From Macrostomum lignano (lineage: Eukaryota), in the NCBI GenBank assembly GCA_002269645.1, contig NIVC01000171.1, positions 1 through 64,000 on the forward strand: a DNA stretch of 64,000 nt, written 5' to 3'. The notes under the pieces were generated by a model that saw nothing but the letters and a program-made list of their open reading frames with translations, did no database searches and was not told the origin of the DNA. A program made the position numbers and the translations under genes. Shown here in pieces: positions 59,856 through 64,000 of the stretch (the first letter of the stretch is position 1; each line of letters begins with the position of its first letter).

Positions 59856-60872
59856 GACACAGTCCTATCCGATCCTGACACATTCCAATCCGATCCTGAC
59901 ACATTCCCATCCGATCCTGACACATTCCTATCCGATCCTGACACATTCCTATCCGATTCTGACACATTCCTATCCGATTCTGACACATTCCTATCCGATT
60001 CTGACACAGTCCTATCCGATTCTGACACAGTCCTATTTGATCCTGACACATTCCAATCCGATCCTGACACAGTCCTATCCGATCCTGACACATTCCAATC
60101 CGATCCTGACACATTCCTATCCGATCCTGACACATTCCTATCCGATTCTGACACATTCCTATCCGATCCTGACACATTCCTATCCGATTCTGACACATTC
60201 CTATCCGATTCTGACACATTCCTATCCGATTCTGACACATTCCTATCCGATCCTGACACATTCATATCTGATCCTGACACATTCCAATTCGATTCTGACA
60301 CATTCCTATCCGATCCTGACACATTCCTATCCGATCCTGACACATTCCTATCCGATTCTGACACATTCCTATCCGATTCTGACACATTCCTATCCGATTC
60401 TGACACATTCCTATCCGATCCTGACACATTCATATCTGATCCTGACACATTCCAATTCGATTCTGACACATTCCTATCCGATCCTGACACAGTCCTATCC
60501 GATTCTGACACATTCCTATCCGATCCTGACACATTCCTATCCGATTCTGACACATTCCTATCCGATTCTGACACATTCCTATCCGATCCTGACACAGTCT
60601 ATCCGATTCTGACACATTCCTATTCGATTCTGACACATTCCTATCCAATCCTGACACATTCCTAACCGATTCTGACACATCTCTAACCGATTCTGACACA
60701 TCTCTAACCGATTCTGACACATCTCTAACCGATTCTGACACATCTCTAACCGATTCTGACACATCTCTAACCGATTCTGACACATCTCTAACCGATCCTG
60801 ACACATCTCTAACCGATTCTGACACATCTCTAACCGATTCTGACACATCTCTAACCGATTCTGACACATTTC
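59856..60872. repeat. 21-bp minisatellite CCTATCCGAT(T/C)CTGACACATT, about 48 copies, filling an adhesion-GPCR intron
   Basis: Read directly; a CTCTAACCGATT sub-variant dominates the right end. Confidence 0.96.
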
Positions 60873-60921
60873 CCTCAGAGCTGACACATGAACTGCCACA
60901 CCAGTAAGCCCCAGAGCTCAC

Positions 60922-61578
60922 CTTGGCATTCCCGGCAGAGTTCACCTTGGCCTTCCTATTCGCATTGTTGGCATTCTTTGACTGCCCCGAGCTGCCTGTG
61001 CCGCTCATCCTGGCGTGTCGCCGATTCTGCAGCCAAGCCCTGAGGCACTGCGGCGTGCACCGGCTCTGCAGCAGACACTTCTCCCAGCCGTCCCGGATCC
61101 GGTCGTGAGCGAATATTTGAGTGAAAAAGATGAAGCAGCCTTGCAGACCGTTGAGCAAAGTGAAAGCGTAGTGCAGCGCCACGAACAGGTGAGTCTGGGC
61201 AAAGTAGAACAGCAGGCCCAGCAACCAGGTCAGGCCAAGCAGGCCGGCCAGTGTCACGGACAGCTTCACCTGACGCCGAAGGTACGGCAGCAGGTCCGGC
61301 TTCGGGCAGCGGACGGCGTCGCGCTGGGTGAGCTTGACAAGCACGATGACGAAGACCAGGAGGTTGGCCAGGCACACCAGCAGCATGGGGGCCAGGAAGG
61401 CGTAGTTGGTGCCCAGCTCCTCGGACAGCCAGCACGCCTTTGGCGCCGGGGTGGCCGAGTCCGAGGCCAGGTCGGGCGACTCCAGCTGGATGAGCTGCCG
61501 GTGCCGCAGGCCGGCTGTGATGGCCACAATGACCGCTGGGGCGGCGTAGCTCAGCAGGCAGTAGTGCCAGAACTTCAC
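60922..61578 (-). CDS. Adhesion GPCR (class B2), exon with TM4-TM7
   Basis: Acceptor ccgccag|GTG; YAAPAVIVAIT, ACWLS (ECL2 CWL), YAFLAPM..ANLLVF, LLGLTWLLG (TM6), YAFTLLNGLQGCFIFF (TM7 N.LQG.FIF). Donor AAG|GTGAG at 60922/60921. Confidence 0.92.
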
Positions 61579-61689
61579 CTGGCGGAGCCGGCAGAGTTGG
61601 ACAGAAAACTTACTTATTTATTGCTGCTTTCTATACATATCGGGTGGGAGCTTGCGACTCACAGACTCAGGCTAGCCTGAGTCCCGTAG

Positions 61690-62165
61690 CTTCTAAACTC
61701 ACCTTTATCCCGACTAATCTCACATCTATTCCGTCTAATCTCTCCCCTATCCCGTCTAATCTCACCTCTACTCCGTCTAATCTCACCTCTTTTCCGTCTA
61801 ATCTCTCCCTAATCCCGTCTTATCTCTCCTCAATCTCATCTAATCTCACCCTATCCCTTCTAGTCTCACCTCTATTCCGTCTAATCTCACCCTATCCCTT
61901 CTCGGCTCACCTCTATTCCGTCTAATCTCACCCTATCCCTTCTAGTCTCACCTCTATTCCGTCTAATCTCACCCTATCCCTTCTCGGCTCACCTCTATTC
62001 CGTCTAATCTCAACCAGTTCCATTTAATTTCACCCCCATCTAATCTCACCTCTATTCTGACTAATCTCACCCCTATCCCGTCTAATCGCACCCCAATCCC
62101 GTCTAACCTTATCCCTTCAACTCTATCCATTCCCATCCTTCCCCACACAGTCTAATCTCGCAATC
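61690..62165. repeat. Degenerate ~19-40-bp repeat (TCTAATCTCACCCTATCCC..) in an adhesion-GPCR intron
   Basis: Read directly. Confidence 0.85.
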
Positions 62166-62175
62166 CTTAGCTCAC

Positions 62176-63032
62176 CTTAGCAAACGCGGAGTCCACTCCT
62201 GGCAGCACAACAATGAGACTCTTGGCGTACATCACGCCCTCGCACAGCAGCCAGCAGAACACGCAGAGCAGAGCGTACAGAGTCAGGCCGGACAGAATCT
62301 GACAGCCTAGGTGGCCGAGAGCGGCAGGCGGATTGAAGCCGACAAGGTAAAGCGAGTGAGCCAGCAGCAGGGCGAAGCACAGGCTGTGGTGCACCCTGTG
62401 CAGGGTGACCACTGACTTGTCAGCCAGCGGGCCCCTCAGTTTAATGGCCAGGTAGGTGATGTTGGTGATCAGCAGGCAGGCGATGGAGGCGCCCAGGCAC
62501 ACGTAGGTGAGGGCGCGCAGCACCGGCGAATGCATTCGCCACAGCCGGTGCGTGTCGGGCCCCAGCCAGACGGTGCCGGGCAGCACCACGGCGGCGAAGC
62601 TGGTCAGATGCTCGCAGCTGCAGGCTGTCCGACTGCTGTCCGACAGTTCGGCCACTGGACGGCAGCCACGCTCGGACAGGGAGCTGTCGGCCTGGAGGAA
62701 AACGCAGCGACGCTCGGCAGAGCCGACATTGGAGCTGTCCAGGTGCGGCAGCAGCAGCAGAACCCGCAGCTCCACGCCGCTGTCGAGCCGGGCCCCGTCA
62801 GCGGCCGAGTACAGCGTGGCCTGCACGATCCTCGACGCCACCGGCTGGCCAGCGTTGCCTAGGCGACTAATTAGACGCGGCAGGTTGACAACGCTGGTTA
62901 CCATGGATACGGGAGGCGACGCGGCGGAAAACGAGGAGGCGGAGTTTCCTTTGTTGAGCAAGTTGACTTTCACTGCCGCAGAGTCGGACTGCATCAGCGC
63001 TGAGCCAGAGCGCATGCGGCGGACGGACATGG
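62176..63032 (-). CDS. Adhesion GPCR, exon with GAIN/GPS and TM1-TM3; gene is 5'-partial
   Basis: GPS-like CVF..GC..TACSCEHLTSFAAVV; TM1 ALTYVCLGASIACLL; HHSLCFALLLA; GCQ..LYALLCVFCWLLCEG (class B signature). Acceptor ccctccgcag|CC at 63032 (phase 1, so upstream exons are required); donor AAG|GTGAG at 62176/62175. Confidence 0.9.
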
Positions 63033-63149
63033 CTGCGGAGGGGGGGGGGTCGGGGATCCATGCTGGTGTACGCGGCATCTGCGCTCAATTACGACGTATT
63101 TATGGGTGGTTTGGTGAATGTACATTCCATCGGCTCCAACAGGGGGTGG

Positions 63150-63462
63150 GGGGGGGGTTGCAGCCTAGTGCTTAGAGCGTCGGACTCACGACTGAAAGGT
63201 CGGGGGTTCGATTCCCGACCCACTCGGAACAATCTGTGTCCTTGAGCAAGGCACTTAACTCTGCATTGCTTCAGTTCACCCAGCTGTAAAAAGGGTGCCA
63301 GCATTAGCTGGGATAACTGAGGGTGCGTGTGGCGACCCCCAGTCCTTGGACTGAACAGCCGTACGCAGCCTTCAGATGCGCCGCGCAATAGCTGCGGCTG
63401 AGCTGTCGGTTGCACATCTGGCCCAATTGGGGCAGGTGTAATCAACTATTATAATTATTACA
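63150..63462 (+). mobile_element. tRNA-derived CORE-SINE
   Basis: tRNA-like head GCCTAGTGCTTAGAGCGTCGGACT..GGTTCGATTCCC (B-box 63205-63215); then CTGTGTCCTTGAGCAAGGCACTTAACTCTGCATTGCTTCAGTTCACCCAGCTGTAAAAAGGG (63234-63295), which aligns by eye to the MIR/CORE domain as I recall it; AT-rich tail. Confidence 0.8.
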
Positions 63463-64000
63463 TCCCATGAATTATGAATGTTTTAGTGATTTCTGGTGAA
63501 TGTACATACGATGAATTCAGGCCGTTCTTCATAACTGTACAATTGTACATATTCCATGGCACACGAAGGCTTTTGTCGAATACACATTCCATTATTTTAT
63601 CATTTGAGTCGCTATGCACAGCATAGCCTTACAGGCATAAACTTGAGCCTTGTGGAATTTCGCCTGCAGCCAAAGCCTCAGTGCAAAGAGATAAAATTAC
63701 TAGCAAATCATATACCGCATTATCGCCGTATAAAATCTTCAAGCCGCTCCCTCACTGTTTGATTGTCAACAGGAAACTGGCTGACCAGCAGTAAAGATGG
63801 AAGCAGATTTGATGTTTATCAGAGCTTTGATCCCGAGCTAAAATGCTTTTAATGTAAATAGCTGCGCCAAAAACAGGGCCTGCAGCGGCAAGCAGAAAAA
63901 AGGTCTGCATTGGCGTCTTCAGTCTTTCGTTGCCGAGGCCTTGAAGTTCAAAATTATCCTTGAGGCAGTTTTTAGCACAAAAGAAGATGCTGGCTGCTGC

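Noticed and set aside
59753-60921. Mucin-like NVSESDR-repeat ORF and in-frame extension of the adhesion-GPCR exon
   Set aside because: It lies between a strong GTGAG donor (60921) and a phase-compatible acceptor (59834); the 21-bp unit is a multiple of three and stop-free.
63155-63225. Functional tRNA gene
   Set aside because: The acceptor stem is not recoverable, and the sequence continues straight into a SINE core with no pol III T-run terminator.

Overview
This is eukaryotic (animal) genomic DNA, with GC-rich spliced exons embedded in AT-rich or tandem-repeat DNA. The codon style, splice sites and density of minisatellites resemble a free-living flatworm such as Macrostomum; that assignment is inference and was not tested. 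Genes I can support, left to right: (1) an SVOP-like MFS transporter (+, 2290-4404, 3 exons, many 1-nt frameshifts); (2) an intronless LRR type-I membrane protein (-, 8393-6670, one frameshift); (3) an intact 3-exon class A neuropeptide-type GPCR (+, 10952-21952), whose intron 1 holds a complete Ty3/Gypsy (Mag-like) LTR retrotransposon (12573-17166; identical 212-bp LTRs, 5-bp TSD, intact gag-pol) inserted into a 27-bp minisatellite; (4) an intronless SLC22 organic-cation-transporter-like sequence (+, 27067-28672) with an in-frame TGA and one frameshift; (5) a Scratch-family C2H2 zinc-finger gene (+, 32684-51888) whose 16.7-kb first intron is about 94% a single 21/22-bp satellite; (6) the 3' part of an adhesion GPCR (-, 63032-59370); and (7) a tRNA-headed CORE-SINE (about 63150-63462). 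About 25 unrelated micro- and minisatellite arrays make up roughly half the window, and most introns are almost entirely filled by their own private repeat. Most long ORFs in the supplied track, including the 5250-aa one, are by-products of stop-free repeat units. I found no CRISPR array, rRNA or intact tRNA gene. I see no proof of a new biological system; the best leads are the satellite-filled introns (especially in Scratch), the very young retrotransposon, the inverted 18-bp arrays and the CORE-SINE.
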